A DNA stretch of 64,000 nucleotides from Selaginella moellendorffii (GCF_000143415.4 NW_003314263.1:3226041-3290040); one strand, 5' to 3'; numbered from the stretch's first letter, positions 38,075-49,908 are shown. The notes: generated by a model not told the origin, from the letters alone. Numbers and translations are program-made.

Positions 38075-39022
38075 TTAATAAATTTTGAAAATACCACTCC
38101 ATCTAGCTTTCTCCAATTCAATCTTCCAGAGCATCATGGATTCCTCCTTTCGCTTATCTTCTTCGGCCTGGAGATCCTGTTCAAGCTCGAGAGCAAAACA
38201 AATGTCCCCCTCCATTGCCTCTGCCTGCTCCTCCTGAGAATCCCCCTCAAGCACAAGATCCTCATTGTCCACATTCTTTTGGAGGATTTGGCTCGTTTCC
38301 CCATTGCCAATTTGAATTTCCGCAAAGCCCTCCTTGTGTTCTGGCTGCTCCAAAACGTCCTCAAGCACGAGATCTAGCATCTCCTCATCATCCACATCCT
38401 CAAGATTTGACGACAGAATTTCAGTCATCTCTTCGTCACTCACTACAATTTCTGCCACCTCAGGGAACACAAGAGGGATGTGTTCCTCCTCGTTTGGGAC
38501 TTCATTCTCCTTGACCAGTGCCATGATTCTAGCCACCTCCAGGTCATCCATGTCAAACTCTTCCTTGTCCTCCACCCTGATCACCACCCCAGCTTTATCG
38601 GCCTGTTGACCACTCTGCTTCGCTTGACTTTCGTGGACCAGCAAACCCTTCTTCGTCTCATCTTCAACTGGAGCGCGCTTGAGTTTCTTGTTCTCATGTG
38701 CCATGCCAACTTCCTCAGTGCTGCTCGATCTTGGCCGCTTCATGTAGGTTGGTCTTGTTTTTCCGCCATAAGTGAATTTTTTCTTGCACTGACTGCAGCG
38801 ATACCTTGGCTGGCCAATGTTGTCGTTGTTGAAGTAGTCGAAGTTGCCACACTCACTGCGATTGCACTTCATACAGGTCGGGTGCTGCTGTTTCAGGTAC
38901 GATTTCAACTCATCCACGCTTCCAAACTGGAGGCTACTCTGCTGGGAGGACGAAGACCAAAACAGTGGGTAGTTCTGGAGAAGATGGAGCTCCTTGTACA
39001 CCTTGCTGCTTTTGTTTGGCAT
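38075..39022 (-). CDS. Atypical Dof-type zinc-finger protein (315 aa), copy 2
   Basis: Intact ORF; differs from copy 1 by substitutions and one in-frame 6-bp indel. Confidence 0.8.
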   Translation of the reverse strand: MPNKSSKVYKELHLLQNYPLFWSSSSQQSSLQFGSVDELKSYLKQQHPTCMKCNRSECGNFDYFNNDNIGQPRYRCSQCKKKFTYGGKTRPTYMKRPRSSSTEEVGMAHENKKLKRAPVEDETKKGLLVHESQAKQSGQQADKAGVVIRVEDKEEFDMDDLEVARIMALVKENEVPNEEEHIPLVFPEVAEIVVSDEEMTEILSSNLEDVDDEEMLDLVLEDVLEQPEHKEGFAEIQIGNGETSQILQKNVDNEDLVLEGDSQEEQAEAMEGDICFALELEQDLQAEEDKRKEESMMLWKIELEKARWSGIFKIY

Positions 39023-39490
39023 CGCTGCTGGCTTCTCTGCTGAAAGGACAACAAGTGAAAACCTAAAATATGTCCTTTTTTACAAGCTTAAGGGATGAAA
39101 TGTGTGTTTAAAGTTTTGGGTAAAGGGAGTTTTATTAAACATCTTTTAATTTCCACCCTTATATCTAAATGCCTTTTCCAGGACATAATTCGTACACACA
39201 AGGATATCACCACAAGAAAATTTCAGCAACAAAAAAGATTAGAGTGGAACCAACTAAAGAAACAATCTAAGTTTCAATGCATGCAATGGTGTCTCAAAAT
39301 ATTTGGCAAGGAATAGACAAGTTAATTACGTACTTCCTTATTAAACTGAACAGCGTATAGCTCTTTTATATACAATCCCCTCTCAGATACACCACAAAAA
39401 AGAAATGCATGATATGATGCTACCGGAAACTTTCTGAGATGGAGATTTTTCTTTTTCTTCATGGTCCCTGGGAATATAGGAAGATCATTT

Positions 39491-42400
39491 TCAAAGCGAT
39501 GCCAGGCCGAGAGCGTCCCTGAAAAACTCGTCGCAGGACGAGAAACCAGCCGAGAAAGCATCTCCCAGAGCCCCCATCACGTCCAGAGCCTCTTGCAGAT
39601 CCGCCGAGCTCTGCATATCCTCCAGCCACTCGAGCAAATCCTTGGAGAAGGCGAGCATGGCGCTCACGTCCCGGAGCTTCTCCTTCATGGTGGCCTCCCA
39701 CGCCTCAGTTCCATCGTTGGTAGTTCCACCGGCGCTGCTGCTACTCCCGCTGCTAACGGCACTACCACTCCGGCTCTTGAAAAATCTCTGGAGCTGATCG
39801 ATGATCCCGATAAACACCAGCATCGGCTGGAGGATGATAAACAGCTGCTCGCTGCTGAGCGATGGAGTTGACGTAGCTTGGAGTCCTCCCGAGCTCGCTG
39901 TTCTCTTGATATCCGCTGCCGGCTGAAGCTCAGAGCAAACTCTATCGGGCTCCTGGCCGCTGGGGATGGCGATGTCGAGGCAGAAAGAGGAGAAGCCCTG
40001 TTTGTGTAGCATGTAGGCATGGACAGCACCCCGTTGGAGAAACGTTTTCCTGTGCTGTTGCCACTCGTCGTGGGATTGTAGCAGCAGCGACTGGACCATC
40101 ATATACTGCACTGTCTCGTTCGATCTGGCCGGCGTGCCGGGGCTGGAGATGGTTCTCGAAACAGGAGTAGTGGTGGCGTCAGTCTCGGGAGGCGATGCCT
40201 GGAGGAACGTTTGTAAGGATTTTGCGAGAACACGGCGTTGGCTCGGTCCCTGCTGGTCCAAGAGATGTCCGGCCATTTGTACCATGAAAGGCAAGAGCCT
40301 CGAGTTACTTTCCTTGCCACCACCTTTACTATCGACACTGAACGAGGCCCCCGTTGCAAAGCGGCCCAGCATCTGTTACAGAAGGAAAGCTCACGTTAAG
40401 TTGTAAAATGAGAAGGTAAAGGAAAAAACGTACCAGGACGATATCGTAAGAGAGCAAGCGCAGCCGGCTACCATCCGCACGTCCGAGGGCGTTTAAGTTG
40501 TCCCAGAAAGTATCAACGCACCGAGAGTACTGCGCAAGCGCGACTGCTGGGCCGCGGAGAGGAAAGAGATCGTTACACAGCGTCTCGTTGTTGCGTATAG
40601 CTGCGCCTTCCCACTCCTTTTTGGGATTCTTGAGGGAGGCGTCGGCTCGCTTTTCCTCTTGGTGGCACTGGACGTGAATAAAGTTGAAATGACTAACCGT
40701 CGTGTAGACCCACTCGGGACGGCCGTGGACAGTCGCAGAACCGATTTTTACACGCTTGCTGTACGAGTAAGCTCCCAGCATCCGCAGTTTGTAGCCTTCC
40801 CGACAAACCATGCATGCCAGTCCGGCTTCTTCCTCTTCTACGTCTTCAAGGCCTTCAATTCGAGGCTTTGATATGACAATGCGCTCACCTCCATCAGATC
40901 TCAGCTCTCGGCGCATTCCCAGCCCCTGGAAAAAAGTGAGCTAAGTCTAAGAACGAAGGAACGCAACTTGAAAGATGAGTATTACCTGTAGTAACTCTTC
41001 CCTTCGTTGCAAAGCACGTCGTCTCATCTCGTCCCGTGTTGTCTCCCTTAAATTCAGGATCGTCTCGGCAAGGAATCCTTTCTCTTTATCGGATAGCGTG
41101 TCCAGCAAATTTTCTGCTCTTGCTCCAATCTCGTTTTCTCCTGGCATGCCCTCCAGTGCGTGGAGCAGAGGAAGAACTTCTTCCTCGTCAAGACATTCTT
41201 GAGTCTTGCAGTGACCGATAGATAATCCTCTCATCATGGACAGGATAATCGGAACCGATGGAAGCTCCAAAGATCGTGTCCACTCGGGTGACGACCGAAG
41301 ATCTGTTTTCTTTTCAGTAAAAGGAAACGCGTCTTTCAGATACCGTATGGCAACTGCAGAAGGTAAACACAAGAGCAAAGTTGATATGAATAAAAACTCA
41401 AAAAGTTCTTACCAGTCAGTATCTCCTTCTCAAGTATGAGATTTTTAAGTAGCTCGCCACTGTCGTTTTGCTTGATCGACTCCGTTACCTTCACAAAATT
41501 CTCAACAGCGAACTGATGAAAGGCTGCTTTCTGACCCAGTGAAGCGTCCTTCGGATTCTCACCGTGCTCCTTTTGCAGCTTATCAAAAGCTCCCCAGTCC
41601 AGTAAGTAAGGCAGGAAGTGATCCACCAATACTTCCATTGCCGCTTCCTCTCCATAAGTTAGATACGGTAGTATTCTTGCGGCTGTGTCACTGTTCTTGT
41701 GCTGCTTAGACTGCTTGTAGCTGCTGGGATTGGAGAGTCGCTCCAGGAACATTAGAACACCCTTGGCAGCTTGTTCCCCTCTGGCAATGCCGGCTCTTGT
41801 TGTGCTCAGAGCGCCTTCGGTCACTCCAACGTCACTTTCGTTGGCCTCGGTGACCAGACACTCCACGATGAGTAGCAGTCGCTCCACAGATTCGGCTGAA
41901 AAGAAGGATTTGTTGGCCGTCTCCAGGAGAACATCCAAGGCACCAAGCTGAAGAAGAGCCTGCCGGTTACCCCGAATCTTGCAGCAAAACATGAGTAGCT
42001 TCAAAACCAACGCAACTTGTTCCTGACCAGACTTCAGTTCTTCGTCCGTAAAATGCTGAGAGATACAAAACCAACTTTTAGAATCAGAAAAGACTAAAAG
42101 AGCACGCACCTCAACCATACTCAGTAGCTCCTTCAGCCCACCGCTATCTTTCATGACTCCAGTAATTGCAAACTCGATTTCTGGATCCTGACTTTCCTCT
42201 CTATCATCATCTAGCTCCTTGATCATTGGTTCTGTTGCCTCACCGTCCAGTCCCTGCACACACAGCACTTTTAAAGACAGAATCATGAAAGATCACGCGG
42301 CATACCTGGAGTCGATATGTCACGGTCATTGGTGGACACTCTCTTCCGGAGACTCCAGAAGCAGACATTAACAGGCTCGTTCCTATTGCCGAATTCGCCA

Positions 42401-45150
42401 CCACGAAGGCGCCTTCCGCCAAACCTGCTCATATGCCTGCGCAACACTGAGATCTAAAGAGATGATGCTTCCTGCAACAAGAAGCTCCATGGCGTAGTCA
42501 TCCTCCAAAAGTGCAATCATCTCCAGCTGTTGACAGATTTTGTTCTTCACGTCACGCATAAGTGGACCAACTTCTAAGCTCGAGTATGGATTCTTCGTCA
42601 TCGAGCCACGGATAAACTCCTCTTGCGTGTGAGCTTTGTTGAGAACAAGCATATATGCAGGCTCCGGTTTGGCCGGACAGATGATATTGCAGAGTTGTTC
42701 AAGAATAAACTACAAGAAAAACATTGAGTAAAAGGAGACAAGGAAACAACGCTTACCAGACATATGCGATCTTTTCTGTCGTGATCAGGAGTCTGAAGAC
42801 CGGAAATACATGCACGAACGAAATGTCTCTTGTTGTCGTCGCTTTCCTGAAGCAGGTTGTCAAGAAGCTCGCGTAGTAACCGTCCAGTCACTTATCAGCT
42901 TCGTCTTTTGAACAACCAGACCTCTGATCACCAAAAGAGCTTCCAAAATTTGTGACAGCAAGTCTTCCTTCATAAACCTGCAAAAAAAATATTTCATATC
43001 ACCGTAACAGCAATTCGCAAACTCTTACCTTATCCTAACGTTCGGAACTTGCAGGAATTTGTTCAGTAGCTCGATAAGTTTGTGTAGAGTATAGCCCTGT
43101 GAGATGTCCGTATGGAAGCTTCGCTCCTGGGCTTCTACCCGGACTACCTCTTCACTGATAAGACTGCAAGCGGTCCGCAGAAAGCCACGAACTGTAAGAT
43201 ATAAGCGCGCATCTTCATCCTCGATCATTTTGAACAGCAGATCAAAGTATTCCGCTGCACTCTCTCCGGCAGTTCTCGAAGCAGGTTCACAAACAGGTCC
43301 AGGAACTTGGATTTCCGAGCTACGCTCTGAGAGCACAGCACCTCGATCAAAGCGCACATCTCTTGACGAATTGGCTGGGAGCATGCACTTAGAACAAGCT
43401 CACGAACCCAGCTACTATCTTCAAAGCACTTGAGGTCCTCGGTAAGAGCAACTTTGCAAGCTTTTCGCTTCCATCGTAGAATATATTTAAGAGCCAAGGC
43501 ATCTGAAAAAATAAAAAATAAATAAACAAATTCCATCGTCAGAGGTAAGAAAGAGTTTAACGTACCAGATTTTCTCGAGTCTTTTTGAGATTTTTGAGCG
43601 GGTTTAACGTTCTGAGATATGGTCAGTCGTCTCACGAAATCAACATACGTCGCACCATTTTTCCACTCCAGGTAGTTTACTAGTAGTAAATCCTGGCCTT
43701 TCGGTGTGTTCTCCAGCTCTTTGTCTTTCTCTACGTTTTCCTTGGCGGGCCTGGTGACCGGTGTCTCCTGAAGTATTGCAGCCGTCTTCACGAAAGAACC
43801 AACAGACTTCACCGAGAACCCTCCAGGTTCAGTAGTCTGAGGAATGTCAGTCTTTGGAGGAGTGCATGCCTGAGAAATAATTCTCAAAGCTGGAAGAATG
43901 ATGTGCTCGGCAATAACTGGATGCCGCGCTCCAACCTGGATCGACCGGAACAGCAGCTGAAATGCGACTCGCAGCCGTGCCTCCCAAAAGTCATCACCGA
44001 GAGAGCATGTTTCTGAAAGGAGTTGCATCTCATCACGGACGCACGCGGCAATATCCATCGACCGGTGATGCTCCAGACAGTATACCACCTTCTGCTTGAT
44101 CAGGCTATTGAGCTCGCCGACGGCATTTAAGTGGACTGCTTGAAAACGAAATGGAATTTACCTTCTTATGTATCTTCCTTTGATCCCAACACAGGGATTC
44201 TAGCAGGTACGTTCTCCATCTGAGATTGTTTGATGTGCATTGGAGCTGGTCTGTGAGGGTCTTTCAATTCGAGTGCTGTTTCAAGTGAAAGCCTTTTGCT
44301 CGACTCAATATCGGTGATACTGTATGGCTTGAGGCACTGGCATCACACCGCCAGCACCACAGTCACAAAAGAACCTGCTCAACCGCGAGTAAACCACCTT
44401 GTGACCACGATGACACACCTTTGCACATACTGAGCAGCATCCCTTGGACACTGTCAAGTCGCAAGTGTAACAGAAGTACCAGTGCTGCTCCATAAAACTG
44501 CTCCCACTTGATGTGAAGGTGCAAACTCTAGAAGCAAGAAGTCTTCGTCGTGCTCTCGATCCAGGCTTGTTAGCTCACCATCAGATGTCCCCTCGTCATC
44601 GTCTTCGTCGGCAGAGGTAGCATCACAGTCGGCATACCTGAAGAGATTCATCCACGAGGAACTTTAGCTTTTCCAGTTGAGAAGAAGGGTGCTTACTCCA
44701 CTTTCAGTGCACCGAATCCATCAGTACAGCTGTTGCTCCGCGTCGTTAGTTCCCTAGCCTTGGCCCGATTTCGAGAGATGTCGACAGATTCGGTGGCTTG
44801 CTAATGTCTGAATGCTGCTTTGTGTTTTCGACAGTCTCGCTGCTTTTCTGCTCCTCGGCCTTCTTCAGCTCACAGTCTGAAACTTCCAAGATCTTTGCTG
44901 GAGGTTTAGCTCATGTCTTCGTTGGACACGTTTCTGTAAGGCGACTGGCGAGTTTCTGCTTCGTGGTCCACCCTCTGGATAGAGCGAATGCGAGTGGCAA
45001 GTCGGGGCTTATGACTTTGAGCAGGTTGACAAGAATAATTTCCTGCCATGAGAAATCATAAGAACGCAAGTAGCAGCAAAGCAAATCCTAACCTTCACAG
45101 GAGATATTCTTCGTAGTGGGAGGTGGTCACGAAGCATGAAACCATGATCT
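39491..45150 (-). pseudogene. BIG: Auxin transport protein BIG (UBR4/calossin) internally deleted, 5'-truncated copy
   Basis: UBR box MEQHWYFCYTCDLTVSKGCCSVCAKVCHRGH..SRFFCDCGAGG; AHTQEEFIRGSMTKNPYSS; GLDGEATEP; ACMVCREGY; KKEWEGA..RNNETLCN; C-terminal exon to stop at 39491. Contains frameshifts and large deletions. Confidence 0.93.
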
Positions 45151-45994
45151 GCGTTAAAAGAGAAAAAGAAGAATTAGTAGAACATATTTCCTGCCATAAG
45201 AGACTAAAATGTTGTGAAAGAACACTCTTCGATGCAATCGTCTAGATCTCAAGTTCTAGAAATCATTCAAAGGTATCTATCTACCTGCATATTCCGATGA
45301 TCGCAAACCACAGTACTCCAGGCTCCGTAAGAATGTATTTCGTTCTCCTGGCTGATTGAAACACAGCACTGTCAGAGCTACAAAGGAAAGAAATCCATGA
45401 ACTCCATAATTCCACCTGGAAGATGTTGCGAGGGATGAATTGGATTTGGGAAAATTCCAGCGGAAATCGTTGCTCTTGAGCAGCACAGGCTGCCGCATTC
45501 GACAATCAAGAAGCCTCCGCGCTCTGGATGGAAATCGCCTGTGCTGTAGCGGCGGCAGTCCCTAATCCAGAATCGAGAGGGGAGTATCGGAGATGCGCGG
45601 CATACCTTCAGCGTACTGGCGCGTGGTAACGCCATCGCCCTGGAACCCTAAATTTCCATTCCTTTAGCCCGTTAAACCCTAAACCCAAACATGATAGTTT
45701 AGTTTAATAAAAAGTGTTAATACGAAAGAGAAGAATATTCTCCTTGCTGGCCTGGACTCTCTACTCGGAACTCTTGGACATCCTGCGAGAAAGAGGCAAA
45801 AAGAAAAGAAGAAAAAGTGTGAGATAGCCGATCAAATGAGAGAGAGAGAGAGAGAGTACTTACATTGCCCTATCGCTTCCCTCTGCCCTTGGGGCCTCCT
45901 CCATAGCGATCGAAGCTCCAAAATCCCAGGAGCTCGAAACAAAGTAGCGTCAGGGAGCTTCCAAGAGCCCAGCGAGCTCAAATTCCCTGCCTTT

Positions 45995-46495
45995 CTAGCT
46001 CAAGCATCCGATTCCCATCAAAAGCAGCCAGAGGAGGAGTACGCTGATGATCAACACACACGGGCAGCAATCCTCTTCCTCCGGAACAGCCGGATCGTCG
46101 TCGGGATCGTCGGGGTCGTCGTCGGGATCGTCGTCGGGATCGTCAGGGTCCTCGGGGTCGTGGGGATCGCTGCCATTGCGCTTACACTCGGATATTTCCT
46201 GCTGGTAGTCGCGTAATCGCTGCCGGGACGCCTCGAGCTCGCCATCGCCGCCATCGCCGCCATCGCTCCTGCCGCCATCGAAATCGAACGCCTTGATCGC
46301 GTGGCGGCACAGCGGGCAAGTCGATCGAGCCCTGGCGGTGGCGCATGACCTCTTCACCCATTTCCCCAAGCACTGGCTGCAAAACCAGTGGCCGCAGTCC
46401 GTGCGGACGTCCGCGATGGCGCTGCAACAGATTGGACATACCTCTCCTTCACCGTCGCTGCGAGCGCCATCGCCATCCCCATCCCTGGCATCCAT
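45995..46495 (-). CDS. Small C3HC4 RING-finger protein (RNF170-like) with DDP repeats and C-terminal hydrophobic helix
   Basis: CPIC..TDCGHWFC..C...TCPLCR; (DDP)n acidic repeat; VLIISVLLLWLLLMGIG putative TM; GC-rich intronless ORF from ATG at 46495. Confidence 0.75.
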   Translation of the reverse strand: MDARDGDGDGARSDGEGEVCPICCSAIADVRTDCGHWFCSQCLGKWVKRSCATARARSTCPLCRHAIKAFDFDGGRSDGGDGGDGELEASRQRLRDYQQEISECKRNGSDPHDPEDPDDPDDDPDDDPDDPDDDPAVPEEEDCCPCVLIISVLLLWLLLMGIGCLS

Positions 46496-47503
46496 CGCTG
46501 GCCGGCGAAGAAGCACAAATGCCCCGCTGGAGTGGACGGCCACGATACGCTTGATCCGATGGCTGGAGAAACTCCAACGGTAAAAGAGTGGAGGGCGCGG
46601 ATGAAAAGGATCTGACGGCTGTTTAGAAAAACAATCTTATTAGACGGTGGTCCTACGTGGCAGTATTCTAGCCGTTGGGTTTTGGTGATCTTCCAGCGCG
46701 ACGAGGAGAGAATCGATGCTCTCGCGGCGCTCAGCTGCTCCATCGATCGCGTATCCCCCGGAATGTCACTGCTTCACGCGAGGTATTCGCTGCTCATCCG
46801 TCGCCGGGAGCCATGCTTCGCCACGCAATGCCGGATTGCGCTCCAATGCTGTGTGTCGATTTCCAGGCAAGGAGCTCGGCTAGAGGTAGATTTCTTTCAC
46901 GGTATTGTATTTTGGCGCTGGAACGATGAAGAGTTCTCATTCCCCGCGACGAATGCATCGCTGTGTGAGAAGAATTGCGCTCTTTCTCGGCACGATCCAT
47001 GAAGAATTCCTCCTCGCGGCTTTTTCACTCCGTCCTGCCACCAACGAAGATTCAACTCCACCATCGATCGAGGAATGAAGGTGTTCTCGAGGATTCTAAA
47101 AGCAACTCACTCCTTTTCAACCTAGATCCAGCTAAGTTCCTCGAATGATACATATTTCCGACAGTCTGCAACATGAAAAAGAAGAAAAATCTAAAGCCAT
47201 GCCAAGACCCACAATTTTTGGGTGAGAAGAATTAAGTACCTTGAAGAAAGCCTCCTTCTGGGGCACCAGCTTACATCAACAAGCGTGGAGCCTCCACTCC
47301 GTTCCAAAAACTCCGCAACAGTCATGCGCTAAATTTTGGGATGCCTGACAAGGTCGCACCGTCGTCTAAAAGCTGCAACAAAAGGAAGCAACCGGAAGTT
47401 TGATCATCTGAGGAGCTGGTGTTGTGAGCTTCTCCAAAAGCTTTGGCTGTCAGGCCCATCTAGAATTTTACGTAGCGGTGCCATTGAAGTGGCCATTACC
47501 TGG

Positions 47504-47547
<44 letters not shown>

Positions 47548-47559
47548 TACAAAGTTTTC

Positions 47560-49210
47560 CAACGAGCAGCCAGTCCAAGAGAGCGTTAGATGGCAGCCAA
47601 GCTCACGTAAAATCGAGATCGCCAAGAGCGTAGAAAATACGTTCAAGGAGGTCGCAAGTAGAGGCCATCGCATCTAAGATCGATTGAAGAAGAAAGGATG
47701 AAAACCAGCGATCGAAACGAGAAAAAAGGAGAACTTACAGTGCTTGACGAGCAATGATACGGCTTGAGCGGCGGAGTCGCCAAATGTGTAGCACTGGACG
47801 AGAGCTCGGACGATCGGCTTAGCGAGAGGGATCGCGAGACCGGTCATTAAAAGCATGCAAAGCTTGATGCCTCGATCATCTTGAGCAAAGATCTGATTGA
47901 TCCAAAAGAAAAACTTAAACGCGAGAAGTATCGAAAGAGTTACTTCAACCTGCAAAAGCCATTGAGCCAAAGCTCCCACTGTCGAGGCCAAAACGAGCAA
48001 AACACCTCCTGTCAAGCACCACTTTGTATGAATCGACTTTAAAGCTCAAGGCAATGAGGATTGCAAAGCTTGCAATGAATTGCAGCCTGCATGGATCCAA
48101 GAACACAGTCAAGAACACACGAATCTTTTGTCTTGTAACCAAAACTTACAGCGAGAATGATCGATATGCTTGATAGAGCAGGACTCAAGGATGCAATCCC
48201 GTATCTTCCCGAGACACTGCACACGAAACCCATTCCAAAGTTTGGCTACAAACTGGACGTGAAAGCTCGGTCAAAACTTCCACAGCCGATTCCCATCAAG
48301 CACGCCAGTGTTACACAAGGCGCCATGATTCTCAGCTGGATCAAGAGGATGGTTTTTGCAACTTGAGAGTTTTTCTTCTTCTGAAGCTACCTGAAGTATA
48401 GCCATGCTTCTCGTGATCAATCCACTGCTTGTTTTCAATAACAATCTGTTTGGAAAGCTTTTCAGATTCTACGACAGAAGGAATGCCGAAAACTTACCCT
48501 GTTGTGATTGCATCAATAAGAAAAGCCGCTAATGTGTACATGAGAATGCCAAGGCTCAAAGGTATCTGATAAAAAAGAGGATGGTGTAAGCGTAGGGGAA
48601 AAAAACCGGTTTTCATTTGAGATCTTGCTAAAAGAGGATGAAAAAAATGACTTCAAGAAACTCGAAACATACCTTAAGGCCGATACCATTGCTATGTGGA
48701 TTGGTCCATTGATTCCTGTAAGAATTAACGGTGAATTTTGCTCGATGCTTCAGCTAGAAACTGTATACCTCCAAGGATTATCAGAAAAAATCCTGGTACA
48801 ATGGACGCATATCTACAAACTTTCGAACTTAGCAAAGAGAACCATGAACTCGATGCATACCCGAACGCATCTACAACAGGATCAACACCAAATACAGCAG
48901 CAAGAACAAGCTCACGAACTAATCCCTGCGAAGGGGTGAAGAAAAAACTCAAAAGTCTTGCGAAGAATGAAAAACATTTTTAACACGAGAGGGATACAAC
49001 AAGACTTACCAAGACTTTGCTAAGAGCAGTAGCACTTCCCATCACTCCCGCTAGCTTCAAAAACTTACCACCGCCACCTGAGAAGAAAATAATCTTGAGA
49101 AGAAGCGAACAAAGAGAAAGAAGAAAAACCTCTGGAGTCAACAAAGACGTAGCCCGATCCTTTGCAAGAGTCTTCGTTTCCAGCATACCTGAGCACTTAG
49201 TTTGCCGGAA
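47560..49210 (-). pseudogene. murJ: Plastid-type lipid II flippase MurJ/MviN homolog, intron-containing, internally deleted, copy 1
   Basis: Spliced exons read LAGVMGSATALSKVL/GLVRELVLAAVFGVDPVVDAFG/YASIVPGFFLIILG/GINGPIHIAMVSA, QLRIMAP..LMGIG, SLSPALSS, GGVLLVLASTVGALAQWLLQV, PLAKPIVR, following the cyanobacterial MurJ pattern. The central part is missing. Confidence 0.85.
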
Positions 49211-49462
49211 ACTAGAAGCCCACTTGAGAGGGAGGCCCTCCTACCGAGAGACAAGGAGCCTGGAGGCGAAAAACATGAATCGTCACAGCTTCGTTTCTTC
49301 TTACCTGGGCACTGACGAACCGATCCATTCGAGAGAAAGACCCACAACTCGCTCATCTCAAGATGACCTCTCTCTCTCTCTCTCTCTCTCGGGTTTTGGA
49401 CATCAATGCGGCAATAAGCTATGTCGATCATTAAGAGAGTTTACTGATTAAAAAAATTGGAA

Positions 49463-49502
49463 GGGATGGTAAATCCTGGGGTCGAGAGTTCCTCTCATCC
49501 CA
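49463..49502 (+). pseudogene. Internally deleted tRNA-Met(elongator) relic
   Basis: GGGATGGT...ATCCTGGGGTCGAGAGTT-CCTCTCATCCCA retains the acceptor stem and part of the T arm of plant tRNA-Met. Confidence 0.55.
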
Positions 49503-49655
49503 TTCTTACTCGAGACCTTTTTTCATTTTTTTATTTCAATAAAGATACCGCAAGCTTGTTTGTAACACATATATATATATATAAGTACTTCATAACTCAG
49601 CCATTGTTCCACGGCTGTGACGTCATGTTAGAACTTTTCCACCACCCCTGTTCTG

Positions 49656-49723
49656 ATTTAGGACCATTTCTCGATTTGTGCGTGTCATCCTTGAGCAGGG
49701 GCCATGCTAATCTTCTTTGTATC
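49656..49723 (-). ncRNA. U6: 5'-truncated U6 snRNA pseudogene
   Basis: Minus strand GATACAAAGAAGATTAGCATGGCCCCTGCTCAAGGATGACACGCACAAATCGAGAAATGGTCC is the plant U6 3' two-thirds; ACAGAGA box mutated to ACAAAGA; flanked by CCCCTGTTCTG direct repeats. Confidence 0.95.
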
Positions 49724-49901
49724 ATTCAGTGTCTTGGAGCCCCTGTTCTGGTTTAGGGCTAGCTGGTGGGGTTGGGACACTTGACAACGTACCACACTTT
49801 TTTCTTAAAACACTAGAGACAACGTCGGCTCGCGGGAGTTAATCACACACGTTTTTCTCATGTCTGTAAACAACATATGGCAGCTTGAAATCTTGGGTTG
49901 C

Positions 49902-49908
49902 TATAAAA
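49902..49908 (+). promoter_or_regulatory. TATA box of MACPF gene 1
   Basis: CTATAAAA 39 nt upstream of ATG 49941; conserved in copy 2 (56413-56419). Confidence 0.6.

Larger units (their letters stand above)
25725..39158 (+). repeat. Second copy of ~13.8-kb segmental duplication of about 9330-23118
   Basis: Same order: POLQ 3' end, Helitron fragment, LTR relics, fold-back, Tpt1-like exon, MITE, PPR, POLQ, Dof. Homology ends at TTTAATTTCCACCC in both copies. Confidence 0.95.

Noticed and set aside
47560-49210. MurJ as bacterial contamination or recent HGT
   Set aside because: It is interrupted by multiple GT-AG introns and embedded in plant sequence; consistent with an endosymbiotic nuclear gene.
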